64,000 nucleotides of DNA from Desulfobacterales bacterium. GTDB taxonomy: Bacteria; Desulfobacterota; Desulfobacteria; Desulfobacterales; UBA5852. The stretch covers positions 928,001 through 992,000 of the forward strand of contig CAXXVS010000001.1 in the NCBI GenBank assembly GCA_963674755.2, written 5' to 3'. Both the position numbers and the translations under genes were made by a program. The notes below the pieces were generated by a model, which was not told the DNA's origin, searched no databases, and saw nothing but the letters and a program-made list of their open reading frames with translations. How positions within the stretch are numbered: position 1 is the first letter of the stretch; each line of letters begins with the position of its first letter. Of this stretch, positions 1 through 10,256 are shown piece by piece.

Positions 1-2
1 TG

Positions 3-719
3 CACGAATATTCCTGGCAGTCCCGTACGGAATTGATCGAAAACGGTGCGGTCAAGGATATGCGGCTGGATCAGGTTCAATACGGTCCGGACGGCACGTT
101 GCAGCGCATGGCGCTCAACGAACAGGGGGCATCCCTGCCCATGGGCTTCCTGCGCCGGGCCATCGCCGAAAAAAAACGCAAGCAGATGGAGGACTTTTTG
201 AAGGGGCTGCGGGGTCTCCTCGATCAATACACCCTGCCCACGGCAGGCAAGGTTCTCGACTTTATGGACAAAGCCACCACCACGCTGGCGGACGACGGTC
301 GCTTGATCCTGATGAGCGGCACCGGCGTGGTGGTCCCGGGCGACAGTCTCTCCGTGTGGACGGAAGCGGCCACCCGGCATACCCACAAGATGGAGGTCAA
401 TACCTTCTTTCAGAACCAGGCGGTGAATCTCACGGCCACCTATAAGACCCTGCGCAGTGGTCTGACCCATGTCGAATATGCCGAAGTGATTGTCCCGGGC
501 AAGGAATTGACCGTCCAGGTGCAGAATTTCAACTACGAGCGGACCATGCCGCCGCCCGCGCCAAAGATGGCGGTGCACCCAAAACCCTCAAGCGCGTCGT
601 CGTCCTCGCTTGAGACCGTGGAACGCAAGTTGAAAGACTTGAAAATGTTGTTCGATAAGGGCCTGATCACGCAAAGCGACTACGACGCCAAAAAGGCTCA
701 GCTTCTCGAAGGCCTGTGA
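3..719 (+). CDS. 5'-truncated hypothetical exported protein with C-terminal SHOCT domain
   Basis: Frame is open from the window edge (HEYSWQSRTELIENG...). It ends in a Pro/Ser linker plus a SHOCT-like tail (VERKLKDLKMLFDKGLITQSDYDAKKAQLL). Confidence 0.7.
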   Translation, partial: HEYSWQSRTELIENGAVKDMRLDQVQYGPDGTLQRMALNEQGASLPMGFLRRAIAEKKRKQMEDFLKGLRGLLDQYTLPTAGKVLDFMDKATTTLADDGRLILMSGTGVVVPGDSLSVWTEAATRHTHKMEVNTFFQNQAVNLTATYKTLRSGLTHVEYAEVIVPGKELTVQVQNFNYERTMPPPAPKMAVHPKPSSASSSSLETVERKLKDLKMLFDKGLITQSDYDAKKAQLLEGL

Positions 720-809
720 TGGCCCCAAGGCTCATTTTCCGGCCGTTGAGCAGGGGGGGCATCCGTCGGCCGATAACGCATTTATTCCCCACTAACTGGA
801 AAGGGGGGT

Positions 810-1520
810 GTGATGAACTCTCGCAAAGCAATCGTAATTTGGCTGTCGATCGTACTCCTGATGGCCGGGTGCGCATCGACCAAAATCACCCAGCGCGATG
901 AAATCGTGACCGGGCAAATCCCGCGGCCCGACACCATTTGGGTGCACGACTTCGCTGCCACGCCCGCCGATGTCCCGAACGAGTCCGCGTTCGCCGGGCA
1001 GGAAATCGAGCACCTAACGCCCCAAACGGCCCAACAGATCGCGGCCGGCCGGCAGCTCGGCGAGGAAATTGCGGCCCAGCTGGTCACGCAGATCAGGGAC
1101 ATGGGCATGCACGCCGAGCGGGCCTCGGCGGCCACGAAGCCGCAGATCAACGATATTGTCATCCGAGGCTATCTCGTATCGATTGTCGAAGGCAGTGCCG
1201 CCAAACGCATCGTCATCGGTTTCGGCTCCGGTGCTTCCGATCTGAAAGTGGCGGTCGAAGGGTTCCAGGAGACGGCCCATGGCTTGCGCAAACTGGGGTC
1301 CGGTTCAACAGATGCCACCGGAGGCAAAGCACCCGGGGCGGATTTGGGGGTTCTCGGTTTGATCGCCACCCACAACCCGGCGGGACTCATCATCAGCAGC
1401 GGTGTCAAAATCTACGATGAAGAGAGCGGCAGTGCCACGATAAAGGGCCGGGTCAAGGGGACGGTCAAGGAAATTGCCGATGCCCTTAAACTGCGGTTCG
1501 AGGAGCAGGGTTGGATCTAG
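810..1520 (+). CDS. DUF4410-like lipoprotein
   Basis: Lipobox LMAGC; 'IWVHDF' and 'EGSAAKRIVIGFGSGAS' motifs typical of DUF4410. Confidence 0.7.
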   Translation: MMNSRKAIVIWLSIVLLMAGCASTKITQRDEIVTGQIPRPDTIWVHDFAATPADVPNESAFAGQEIEHLTPQTAQQIAAGRQLGEEIAAQLVTQIRDMGMHAERASAATKPQINDIVIRGYLVSIVEGSAAKRIVIGFGSGASDLKVAVEGFQETAHGLRKLGSGSTDATGGKAPGADLGVLGLIATHNPAGLIISSGVKIYDEESGSATIKGRVKGTVKEIADALKLRFEEQGWI

Positions 1521-1621
1521 TGAAGCGCCGCCCTGCGGGTTTGCCGGCCGGCCGCCATGTGCGACGGCCGCGGACGGCCCATTGAGATGGGAAACGATAT
1601 CTACCGAATGGGAGAAGGACC

Positions 1622-2413
1622 ATGAAGGTCAAAACGATTCTATGCGCAAGCGCACTGTTTCTGGCGGTTGCCTTGGGGGGAGGCATTCCGGGGAGCGCCC
1701 TGGCCCAGGAAGACGACGCCAAGGCCATCCTGAAGGCCATGTCGGACTATGTGGGCGGTCAGCAAACCATCCAACTCACCTTTGACAGCGCCATCGAAAT
1801 CATCACCCCACAGCTGGAGAAGATCCAGTTCACCAATTCCGGCGAGGTCCTGCTGCATCGCCCGGACAAGCTGCGGGCCCACCGGGTGGGCGGCTATGCG
1901 GATGTGGCCATGGTGTTCGACGGCAAGACCGTCAGCATCTATGGAAAGCACGTCAACGGCTACCTCCGGCTCCCTGCGCCGGGCACCATCGATCAACTGG
2001 TCGAATTTCTCCGGGAAGGCCACGGCGTATCGCTGCCGGGTGCCGATCTGCTGCTGTCCAATTCCTATGATGTCCTCGTGGCCGGGGTCCAGGAAGCCAA
2101 ACATATCGGCCGGGGCGTCATCGACGGCGTGGAGTGCGAGCACATCGCGTTCCGCAACTTCGACACTGACTGGCAGCTCTGGGTGGAAGTGGGGCAGACC
2201 CCCATCCCGCGCCAGATGGTCATCACCAGCAAGACGATCAACAGCGCGCCGCAGTACACGCTGCGCGTCAAGGGCTGGAAAACGGATGTCACGCCGGCCG
2301 GGGATGCCTTCACGTTTACGCCGCCGGCAGGCGCAAAAAAGCTCAGTGAGGACGCGCTCACCGCACTCGACGAATTGCCGCCGGGGGCACCACCGCAAGG
2401 AGGGAAACCATGA
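1622..2413 (+). CDS. DUF2092 family periplasmic protein
   Basis: Signal peptide; 'ILKAMSDY', 'RPDKLRA', 'PGADLL', 'CEHIAFR..DWQLWV', 'P..MVITSK....PQY' motifs. Confidence 0.85.
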   Translation: MKVKTILCASALFLAVALGGGIPGSALAQEDDAKAILKAMSDYVGGQQTIQLTFDSAIEIITPQLEKIQFTNSGEVLLHRPDKLRAHRVGGYADVAMVFDGKTVSIYGKHVNGYLRLPAPGTIDQLVEFLREGHGVSLPGADLLLSNSYDVLVAGVQEAKHIGRGVIDGVECEHIAFRNFDTDWQLWVEVGQTPIPRQMVITSKTINSAPQYTLRVKGWKTDVTPAGDAFTFTPPAGAKKLSEDALTALDELPPGAPPQGGKP

Positions 2414-2616
2414 AACGCAACATGATCAAATTCATCTTCGTACTGGCGCTGGCCGTTGCCGGATGGATGTGGAGTGGTGACTTCAACGCGCCATCGGGCG
2501 ATCTGGTGGCCACGGCCGAGGCCCTCATTGGCCGGCCCATGACACCGCTCAGCTATGCCGGCGTGGCCCGCCGAACAACCGTCAGGGCGGCCACCTACAG
2601 GAGAGTGAGGTGGTAG
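2410..2616 (+). CDS. small secreted protein with GRPxTPxSYAGVARRT motif
   Basis: ATGA overlap with the DUF2092 stop; signal-like N-terminus; motif IGRPMTPLSYAGVARRT. Confidence 0.7.
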   Translation: MKRNMIKFIFVLALAVAGWMWSGDFNAPSGDLVATAEALIGRPMTPLSYAGVARRTTVRAATYRRVRW

Positions 2617-2710
2617 GACGTCCGGGCGGTCCCTGTTGGCTGGACCGGCTGCCGAAATGGATCAACGGATGAACGCGCGGTTAAGGTTGGGGGCCATACA
2701 TCTCGTGGGT

Positions 2711-5284
2711 ATGGATCGTATTAAAACGCTTCTGATTTGGTCGGTGGGGCTGCTCCTGTTTGGGGCAGCCGCCGGGACGATGGGCTACGCCCAGGAGTCG
2801 CCCGCCAAGGAGCCCCCGCCTGCCGTGTCGGTCGGAAACGCCCAGACCTCCCCGGCCAAAAAGTCTCCGCCTGCCACCCAACCTGACGTGGTCATTCCGC
2901 CGGCCGAGATCGCCACCAAAGCCACCGAAGCGACCAACCTGCTGGTGACGCTTTCCACGAAATACATCTCCGGCTCGCAAATCGAAAAGGTTCAGAAGCC
3001 CTTTTACGAGATGAGCCGCCAGATCGAGCAGGAGTACGACGACGTTTCCATGACCCTGCAGGAAAATCCGTCGCTGGCAACGCTCCAGAACCTGCACGAA
3101 GTGTGGCAGGCGCGGCGTGAGCGGATCGATGATTGGCTGCAACTGCTCACGGCGCGGGCCCTGGACCTGAAGCGTATCCTGGACCGTTTGGCGGGCCTCG
3201 AGACCACCTGGCGCCAGACCCAAAAGAGCGCCAGGGAAGCGAAAGCACAGGTCGCGACCTTGCAGCAAATCGAGACGGTGCTGAATGCCATCCACACGGC
3301 CCAGGTGCCGCTGCAGGCCACCCACGACCGGTTGCTGGGTCTGCAAGGTCTTATTTCCGAAGCCTTGAAGCGCTGCGATGACACCCTGACGCATATCGTT
3401 CAGGCCCAAAAAGGGGTTGTCACCGGTATCCTGACAAGAGAGCTTCCGCCCATCTGGGGGGCCGCACAATGGCATGCCGCCCGGATTGCCATACCGGTTC
3501 GTTTCCGGGAAAATGTTGACGCGGCGCGGACGGATCTGAGCAACTTTCTACAGGATCCCTCCCGGGAATTGCCACTGCAGATGATGCTCTTCGTGGTGCT
3601 GCTGGCGCTGCTGATCGCGGCGAAGCGCTTTGCGGGTCCCTGGGACGCGGTCGGCGACAGAGAAGCTCACCTGGGTCGGGTTTTCGAGCGACCTTACGCC
3701 GCTGCTTTATTTACCGTGTGGCTGTTTGCGACCCGCTATGCGTCGCCGACCCCGCCAATGGTCAAGGAGCTGTTTACGGCCCTGGTGCTTATTCCCGTCT
3801 TTCGGCTGGTGCAGCCGGCCCTTCCCCCCCGCTTGATGCCCAAACTCTATATTTTGGGCGCTCTGTTTGCCGTCGACACGCTGCGGGGCTTTTTCGTCGG
3901 CGTCCCGGTGATGGCCCCCATGCTATTGATGGCGGAAGGATTGGCGGCCATCGGGGTTTTGGCATGGCTGCTGACCTCCGGTGACCTGCTTGCCGCCTCC
4001 ACCTCGGAAAACGCAACTTACCGGCAAAGAATGGTGCTTTTCGTCAAAGGCGTCATGGTCTATCTGGCCGTCGGTGTTGCGGCCGCAGCCCTGGGCCAGC
4101 TGCGGCTGGCCCGTCTGATCACGCCGGGCAGCCTGTCAGCGTGTGTGCTGGCCCTGGCCTTTTTCGCCGGCGTGCGCCTGTTCGGGGGTACCGTGACGGT
4201 GCTCCTGCGCCTTTGGCCGCTCAAGCGGCTGCGCATGGTCAAAACCCATGGCGATCTCCTGGTAAAATGGGCCTACCGGCTGCTGGTGTGGCTGGCCGTC
4301 ATGGGCTGGGCCCTGCGCCTGTTCGATCAGCTGGGGCTCCTGGATCCGATCCTGACCATGGGCAGCGGTATCCTGGCCACCAAATTCGAGCGCGGCGCCA
4401 TCAGCATCACTATCGGAGACGTTTTGGCCTTCGGCATCACGGTGGCGGCCTCTTTCCTGCTCTCGGGCCTCATCCGTTTCACCCTGAACGAAGAAATCTA
4501 CCCCCGGGCCCACATCCCCAGCGGTGCCGCCTATGCCTCCTCGCGCCTGCTGCATTACACCGTCCTGACCCTCGGATTTCTGGTGGGTCTGGCCCTCCTG
4601 GGGGTCGATCTCACCAAAATCAGTGTCCTGGCCGGCGCCTTCGGCGTGGGGATCGGATTCGGGCTTCAGAACGTGGTGAACAATTTCGTCTGCGGGCTGA
4701 TCATGCTCTTCGAACGGCCGGTGCACGTGGGCGACACGGTTGAACTGGACGGGATTATGGGCGAGGTGCGCCTGATCGGTTTCCGGGCCAGCTCGGTGCG
4801 CACCTGGCAGGGGGCCGACATCATCATTCCCAATGCCCAGTTCATCACCGCCAAGGTGACGAACTGGACCTTCCGGGACCGGCTGCGGCGTATCGACCTG
4901 CCGGTGAGTGTGGCCTATGCCTCCGATCCAAAGCAGGTCATCGAGCTGCTGGAAGGTGTGGCCCGCGCCCATCCGCAGATTCGGGCCTATCCGGTCCCGC
5001 TGTGTATTTTCACCAGCTACGGGGACAGCGCCATCAACTTCGAACTGCGGGTATGGATCAATCTGGCGGCCGACCTTACCAATGTGCCTCAAATCCGTAG
5101 CGACCTGAACGCCGCGGTCTACGATGCGGTGAAAGCGGCCGGCATGTCATTCCCCTTTCCCCAGCGGGAGGTGCGCCTGCTGGGCGATCCCGAACCCCGG
5201 GAGGGGGCTGAAAGCCGGCCCGCAACATTTCCGCCGCCGACCGAAATACAAAAGGGCGCCGGCGAGAGCAAGGACCTTAAATGA
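2711..5284 (+). CDS. large MscS/MscK-like mechanosensitive channel protein
   Basis: Helical periplasmic N-region, many TM segments, MscS core 'GVGIGFGLQNVVNNFVCGLIMLFERPVHVGD', 'IIPNAQF', 'FPFPQRE'. Start uncertain (ORF open from 2636). Confidence 0.85.
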   Translation: MDRIKTLLIWSVGLLLFGAAAGTMGYAQESPAKEPPPAVSVGNAQTSPAKKSPPATQPDVVIPPAEIATKATEATNLLVTLSTKYISGSQIEKVQKPFYEMSRQIEQEYDDVSMTLQENPSLATLQNLHEVWQARRERIDDWLQLLTARALDLKRILDRLAGLETTWRQTQKSAREAKAQVATLQQIETVLNAIHTAQVPLQATHDRLLGLQGLISEALKRCDDTLTHIVQAQKGVVTGILTRELPPIWGAAQWHAARIAIPVRFRENVDAARTDLSNFLQDPSRELPLQMMLFVVLLALLIAAKRFAGPWDAVGDREAHLGRVFERPYAAALFTVWLFATRYASPTPPMVKELFTALVLIPVFRLVQPALPPRLMPKLYILGALFAVDTLRGFFVGVPVMAPMLLMAEGLAAIGVLAWLLTSGDLLAASTSENATYRQRMVLFVKGVMVYLAVGVAAAALGQLRLARLITPGSLSACVLALAFFAGVRLFGGTVTVLLRLWPLKRLRMVKTHGDLLVKWAYRLLVWLAVMGWALRLFDQLGLLDPILTMGSGILATKFERGAISITIGDVLAFGITVAASFLLSGLIRFTLNEEIYPRAHIPSGAAYASSRLLHYTVLTLGFLVGLALLGVDLTKISVLAGAFGVGIGFGLQNVVNNFVCGLIMLFERPVHVGDTVELDGIMGEVRLIGFRASSVRTWQGADIIIPNAQFITAKVTNWTFRDRLRRIDLPVSVAYASDPKQVIELLEGVARAHPQIRAYPVPLCIFTSYGDSAINFELRVWINLAADLTNVPQIRSDLNAAVYDAVKAAGMSFPFPQREVRLLGDPEPREGAESRPATFPPPTEIQKGAGESKDLK

Positions 5285-5306
5285 CGACCTGTCAGCCGTT
5301 AAAGAA

Positions 5307-6167
5307 ATGGCTGTATTGGGAATCCTGTCTCAGAGGAGAAGATGCATCTTGAAACCGATCTGGTGTATTGCCGCAGCCATCCTGGCCATGGTATATGCAG
5401 TCAGTCTGCCGGCTAAGGCCGACGAGGCGGCCGACCAGGCTGAACTGGCCAAAAAGACCTTGAACCCGGTGGCGGACCTGATCAGCCTGCCGATCCAGTT
5501 CAACTACGACCATAAGATCGGCCCCACGGACGACGGGAAGAAATACGTCGTCAATATCCAGCCGGTGATCCCCTTCTCCATCGCACCGGAGTGGAACCTG
5601 ATCTCCCGCACCATTCTGCCCCTCGCCGACCAGGAAGATATTCTCCCGAACGGCAAGGCGGACGCGTCGGGCATCGGCGATATCACCCAGAGTTTTTTCT
5701 TCTCACCGAAAAAGCCCACCACGCAGGGATGGATCTGGGGGGCCGGTCCGGTGATTCTGCTGCCGACCGCGAGCGACAGTGATCTGGGGGGCGGAAAATG
5801 GGGCCTCGGCCCAACGGCGGTGGCCCTCAAGCAGACGCACGGGTTTACCTACGGCATCCTGGCCAACCATATCTGGTCGGTGGCTGGCGACAGCGACCGG
5901 TCGGACATCAGCGCCACCTACCTGCAACCGTTTTTCGCCTACACCACGAAGACGTTTACCTCATTTACGATCAATACGGAGTCAACCTATGACTGGGAAG
6001 ACGATCAGTGGTCGGTGCCGATCAACCTCATGGTCAGCCAGGTCCTCAAGATCGGATCGCAGCCCATCAGCCTGCAAGCCGGCCCGCGCTACTGGGCCGA
6101 GAGTTCGGACAGCAGCCCGGAGGGGTGGGGGTTCCGGTTTACCTTCACGCTGTTGTTTCCCAAATAG
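5307..6167 (+). CDS. putative outer-membrane beta-barrel protein ('neuromedin U'-annotated family)
   Basis: Signal peptide; 'ELAKKTLNPVADLISLPIQ', 'NIQPVIPF', 'GIGDI..SFFFSP'; amphipathic strands ending 'FTFTLLFPK'. Confidence 0.7.
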   Translation: MAVLGILSQRRRCILKPIWCIAAAILAMVYAVSLPAKADEAADQAELAKKTLNPVADLISLPIQFNYDHKIGPTDDGKKYVVNIQPVIPFSIAPEWNLISRTILPLADQEDILPNGKADASGIGDITQSFFFSPKKPTTQGWIWGAGPVILLPTASDSDLGGGKWGLGPTAVALKQTHGFTYGILANHIWSVAGDSDRSDISATYLQPFFAYTTKTFTSFTINTESTYDWEDDQWSVPINLMVSQVLKIGSQPISLQAGPRYWAESSDSSPEGWGFRFTFTLLFPK

Positions 6168-6255
6168 CGCGCCCGCTTTTTACTAGTGGCCCTGCCGGAA
6201 AAAGCCGTTGTTTATTATGTGAACGGATCGAATTGCCAAAGGAGGAATAGTTACC

Positions 6256-7554
6256 ATGTTACGTTATTGGCGTCCCATCCTGTCGGTCTTCATGTTTTCC
6301 CTCATATGGGCGACTAGCGCCTATGCCGGGGGCCTTTACCTGTACGAAGTGGGAAGCCCCGACGTCGGTGTAGCCGGGGCCGGGTATGCCGCCCGGGCCG
6401 ACGATGCCGCCACGGTCTTCACCAACCCGGCCGGGATGACCCGCATCGACCAGCCTTCCTTGATGGTGGGCGCCCAGCCCATGTACATGCACATCAACTT
6501 CAACCCGGACAGCACCACCTCGGCGGTGGCCCGCACGCTCCCGGGCGGCTGGGCGGCCGACGGCGGCAACAGCAGCGGGTGGATGCCGGCGGGCGGTCTC
6601 TACTACGTCCACCCGGTCAACGACCGGCTGCGGCTGGGCCTTTCCATGAACGGCTATTTCGGTCTTTCCCTGGACTACGAAGACGACTGGGTCGGTCGCT
6701 ACTACGTGCAGGACGCCACCCTCCAGGCGGCCGCCATCCAGCCGGCCGTGGCCTGGAAGGTTAACAACTGGCTTTCGGTGGGGTTGGGTGTGAACGCGCT
6801 CTACGGCATGCTGGACGAACAAGTTGCCGTCAACAACATCGCGCCTAACCTGCCGGACGGCAAGCTCAAGATCAAGGACGAGGACTGGACCGCCCAGTTC
6901 AACATCGGTCTGCTGGTGGAGCCCTGGCAGGGAACCCGTTTCGGTCTTACCTATCTGTCACAGGCGGATCTCGATTTTTCGGACCGGGTGAGTTTCAGCG
7001 GGCTTGGACCGGGCCTTCTGACGATACTCGGCAACCGGGGGCTGCTCAACGCCAAACTCGACTTGAGCATGACCATGCCCCAGGCGGTCATGTTCAGCGC
7101 CTATCACGAATTCAGTGACCGGTTTGCGCTGATGGCCAACCTGGGCTGGCAGGACTGGTCCCAGTTCGGCAAGGTCGATGTCAGCATCGACTCGAACAAC
7201 CCCCGAAGCCTGACGACCAACCTCGACTACAAGGACACCTGGCATGCGGCCCTGGGGGCCGAGTACCGGCTTTCCGCTCCCTGGCTGCTGACCGGCGGGG
7301 TGGCTTATGACAGCGCCATGATGGACGAAGACCAAGTTACGCCCTCGCTGCCGACGAGCGATACCTGGCGCTTCGCCCTGGGGACCCGCTACGAATGGTC
7401 GCCGGACGTGACGCTTTCGGGGTCCTACGAAATGGTATGGATGGGCGACATCGACATGACCGTGGACCGCGGCCCCCTGGCCGGGCGGGTGTCCGGTACC
7501 TATGAAGATACCAGCATCCAGGTTTTCTGCCTGACGGCCGCCTGGCGGTTTTGA
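6256..7554 (+). CDS. OmpP1/FadL/TodX family outer-membrane transporter
   Basis: 'AGAGYAARADDAATVFTNPAGMT' FadL hatch motif; C-terminal WRF; RBS AGGAGG. Confidence 0.9.
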   Translation: MLRYWRPILSVFMFSLIWATSAYAGGLYLYEVGSPDVGVAGAGYAARADDAATVFTNPAGMTRIDQPSLMVGAQPMYMHINFNPDSTTSAVARTLPGGWAADGGNSSGWMPAGGLYYVHPVNDRLRLGLSMNGYFGLSLDYEDDWVGRYYVQDATLQAAAIQPAVAWKVNNWLSVGLGVNALYGMLDEQVAVNNIAPNLPDGKLKIKDEDWTAQFNIGLLVEPWQGTRFGLTYLSQADLDFSDRVSFSGLGPGLLTILGNRGLLNAKLDLSMTMPQAVMFSAYHEFSDRFALMANLGWQDWSQFGKVDVSIDSNNPRSLTTNLDYKDTWHAALGAEYRLSAPWLLTGGVAYDSAMMDEDQVTPSLPTSDTWRFALGTRYEWSPDVTLSGSYEMVWMGDIDMTVDRGPLAGRVSGTYEDTSIQVFCLTAAWRF

Positions 7555-7631
7555 GCCGCGTGGTACGGGTAGGGACATGACGATCTTCGGAATGCCGATT
7601 GACGTCCCGAAAGGCGGCCGTACCGTAAACC

Positions 7632-10055
7632 ATGAAACAGAACACGGGAAATCTTATGTGGCTTCCACTCCTTGCGATAGCGCTTAGATGGCGACGCGGC
7701 CGGCAGCGCTGCTGCACCATGGCTGTCTTTCTGGTATTGAGTCTGGCCATCTTGTTCGGGGCGGGCCCGCCAGACGCGCATTCCGCTGCGGCGCCGCAGG
7801 CTCCGTCCGCATCCGGCGCGCCCCCCGGAGAGTTGGCTAAGCTCAAGACCTACACCCCGGAGCAGCTCCGGGCGGCGCTGGCCACCCTCAGCGACGAGAA
7901 CGCGCGCAAACTACTATTGGCAGCGATCGATCAACTGGCCGTGAGCGCATCCGCAGAAGCGCCCGATGTGGCCGCCCAAACGGGCATTACCGCCTTCATG
8001 CATCACCTCGAGACGCTTTTTACGAAGATCCCCCCCCGGCTTAAAGCCGTCGTGCGGGGTGCGACGGAACTCCCCACCGAAATGGGAACCGTTTTCGATC
8101 AAATGACGGCTGGTCAGGGCGCCCGGCGGCTCATTTTCCTTCTCATGGGCGTGATCGCCATCCTGCTGACAAGCTACGGGGTGGAACGCCTGTTGAGACG
8201 CACGCCCCTCCAGTTCCGGGCCCACCTGGACATGCCATTGTTGGGCGGTATGGCGCGATTCGGCGGCGGCATCCTGGCCGCGTTGTCCAACCTGTTGGGT
8301 ATTATGGTCTTTACGGTGACCGCCATAGCGTTGTTTCTGGTGTTTTTTGAGACCGCCGGGCCGGTGCGCCACTTATATGGCCCCATCCTGACCGCGGTTG
8401 TCATGGGGCGCTTGGGCATGCTGCTGATGGAGATCCTATGCGCGCCGCGACATCAAGCGCTGCGGTTGCTGCCCATGGAAGATGCCAGCGCGCGCTATCT
8501 CTACCGGTCGCTTTCCATGATCACCTGGGTTCTGGTCGTGGGGCTCATCCTGTCGAAATGGTTTGAGCGCATCGGCATCGCTCCTGACAGCTACCTGCTC
8601 GTCGACATCGGGGTGGGGACCCTATTGTTGCTCATGCTGGTCAGACTGGTGTGGCAAAATCGAACCTGTGTGGCCGGCGCTATAAAGGGCGATGGCGTGG
8701 CGGGGGCGGAACCCCCCGGCTGGCTCACCGAACAGTTTGCGGCCGTTTGGCACATTTTGGCATTGGCTTACTTGCTATCGATCTGGCTGGCATGTACGAC
8801 GCGCGCGCTTCTCTTCGGCCCGGATTTGGGTGGCGCCCTTATCCGCAGCCTGCTCGTCGTCCCCCTTTTTCTGCTATTGGACCGCGTGCTGAATCAAATT
8901 TTGCCGGCCATCTTCGGGCCCGGCGGAGAGATCCAGAAGGGAAGCGAGGCTATCCCGAACAATGAGCCGGATGACGAACCGGCGCCTGTCAAAACGTTGC
9001 GCTCCAAACTTCACGTTATCCGAAACTCCAGCCGGGCCGTCATTTTCCTGATTCTGCTGGTCTGGCTGCTGCGTGCGTACGGCATCGAAGTGCCCTTTGC
9101 CGCCAAGATCGCTGACCGCGGGTTTGAAATACTGATCACCATCGCGTTGGCCCTGGTCGCCTGGCGATGGCTCAATGCCTACGTGGCGCGCAGACTTGCG
9201 GAAACCGCGCCTCCGCCTCCGGAAGAGGAGGAAGAGGAAGATGAGTTTGCCGGCGTTGTTCTGGACCGCAGCCATACCCTTTTGCCCATGCTGCGGAAAT
9301 TCTTCGGCACGGTACTGGTCGTCATGGTCATTATGATCGTCTTGTCTTCCCTGGGCGTCGACATCGGCCCCCTGATCGCCGGGGCGGGCGTGATCGGGAT
9401 CGCGATCGGCTTCGGGGCCCGCAAGTTGGTGGCCGACGTCATCTCCGGCTTTTTTTTCCTCATGGACGACGCCTTCCGGGTGGGGGAATATATCCAGGCC
9501 GGGGGCGTCTCGGGAACCGTGGAGGCGACCACCCTGCGCAACGCCATGATACGCCACCATTTGGGAGCCCTCCAGATCGTGGCCTATAGTGACATGGGAA
9601 CCGTCAACAACTATATGCGGGGCGGCATGGTGGTCAAAATAATGTTCGACCTGCCCTATGATACGGATATCGAAAAGGTGCGCAAGATTGTCAAAAAGGT
9701 CGGCCAGAAGATGCTTGCCGACCCCGAATACAGCTCAGATTTCATTCAGCCTATCAAGTCCCAGGGGGTCTACAAGGTCGGCAACTCGGTGCTGACGTTT
9801 CGGGTGAAGTTCACGGCCAAGCCGGGCAAACAATTTGTCATCAAGCGGGAAGCCTTCCGCTTGATCAAGGCCGCATTGGAAAAAAAAGGCATTTATTTCG
9901 CCCACCGCAAGGTGATCGTCGAAATACCGGAAACACAGGCCGTTTCTGCGGGCGATGGGAAGGATCATGCGGCTGCCACGCGTGAGGAGAAATTGATGGC
10001 GGGCGCCGCCGCCCTGGATTCGATCATCAACGAGAAAAAGGGCGACGATAAGTGA
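7632..10055 (+). CDS. MscS family (YbiO-like) mechanosensitive channel protein
   Basis: Multiple TMs; core 'LIAGAGVIGIAIGFGARKLVADVISGFFFLMDDAFRVGEYI'; acidic poly-Glu loop before the core. Confidence 0.85.
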   Translation: MKQNTGNLMWLPLLAIALRWRRGRQRCCTMAVFLVLSLAILFGAGPPDAHSAAAPQAPSASGAPPGELAKLKTYTPEQLRAALATLSDENARKLLLAAIDQLAVSASAEAPDVAAQTGITAFMHHLETLFTKIPPRLKAVVRGATELPTEMGTVFDQMTAGQGARRLIFLLMGVIAILLTSYGVERLLRRTPLQFRAHLDMPLLGGMARFGGGILAALSNLLGIMVFTVTAIALFLVFFETAGPVRHLYGPILTAVVMGRLGMLLMEILCAPRHQALRLLPMEDASARYLYRSLSMITWVLVVGLILSKWFERIGIAPDSYLLVDIGVGTLLLLMLVRLVWQNRTCVAGAIKGDGVAGAEPPGWLTEQFAAVWHILALAYLLSIWLACTTRALLFGPDLGGALIRSLLVVPLFLLLDRVLNQILPAIFGPGGEIQKGSEAIPNNEPDDEPAPVKTLRSKLHVIRNSSRAVIFLILLVWLLRAYGIEVPFAAKIADRGFEILITIALALVAWRWLNAYVARRLAETAPPPPEEEEEEDEFAGVVLDRSHTLLPMLRKFFGTVLVVMVIMIVLSSLGVDIGPLIAGAGVIGIAIGFGARKLVADVISGFFFLMDDAFRVGEYIQAGGVSGTVEATTLRNAMIRHHLGALQIVAYSDMGTVNNYMRGGMVVKIMFDLPYDTDIEKVRKIVKKVGQKMLADPEYSSDFIQPIKSQGVYKVGNSVLTFRVKFTAKPGKQFVIKREAFRLIKAALEKKGIYFAHRKVIVEIPETQAVSAGDGKDHAAATREEKLMAGAAALDSIINEKKGDDK

Positions 10056-10256
10056 GCGCGCAACGGACCGGAGCCCATTTGCGGACTGGAATGGGACGCA
10101 ACAAATGAAAGGGCTGTAATACTTTTAGTTCGGGGGTATCCCGGTGGCTGAACAACGTCGGGCCCCAGCCGTGATCTGCCGTCGCGGCGGATCAGAGTGC
10201 GCATCGGAGAGTGGCGGAAAAAGCCGACTCCGGCAATCGTGTCAGGGAGACACCAA

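Noticed and set aside
10070..10130. c-di-GMP-I riboswitch (contains GGGACGCAA)
   Set aside because: Lacks the GGCAAAC...GAAA P2 element and the P3 arm.
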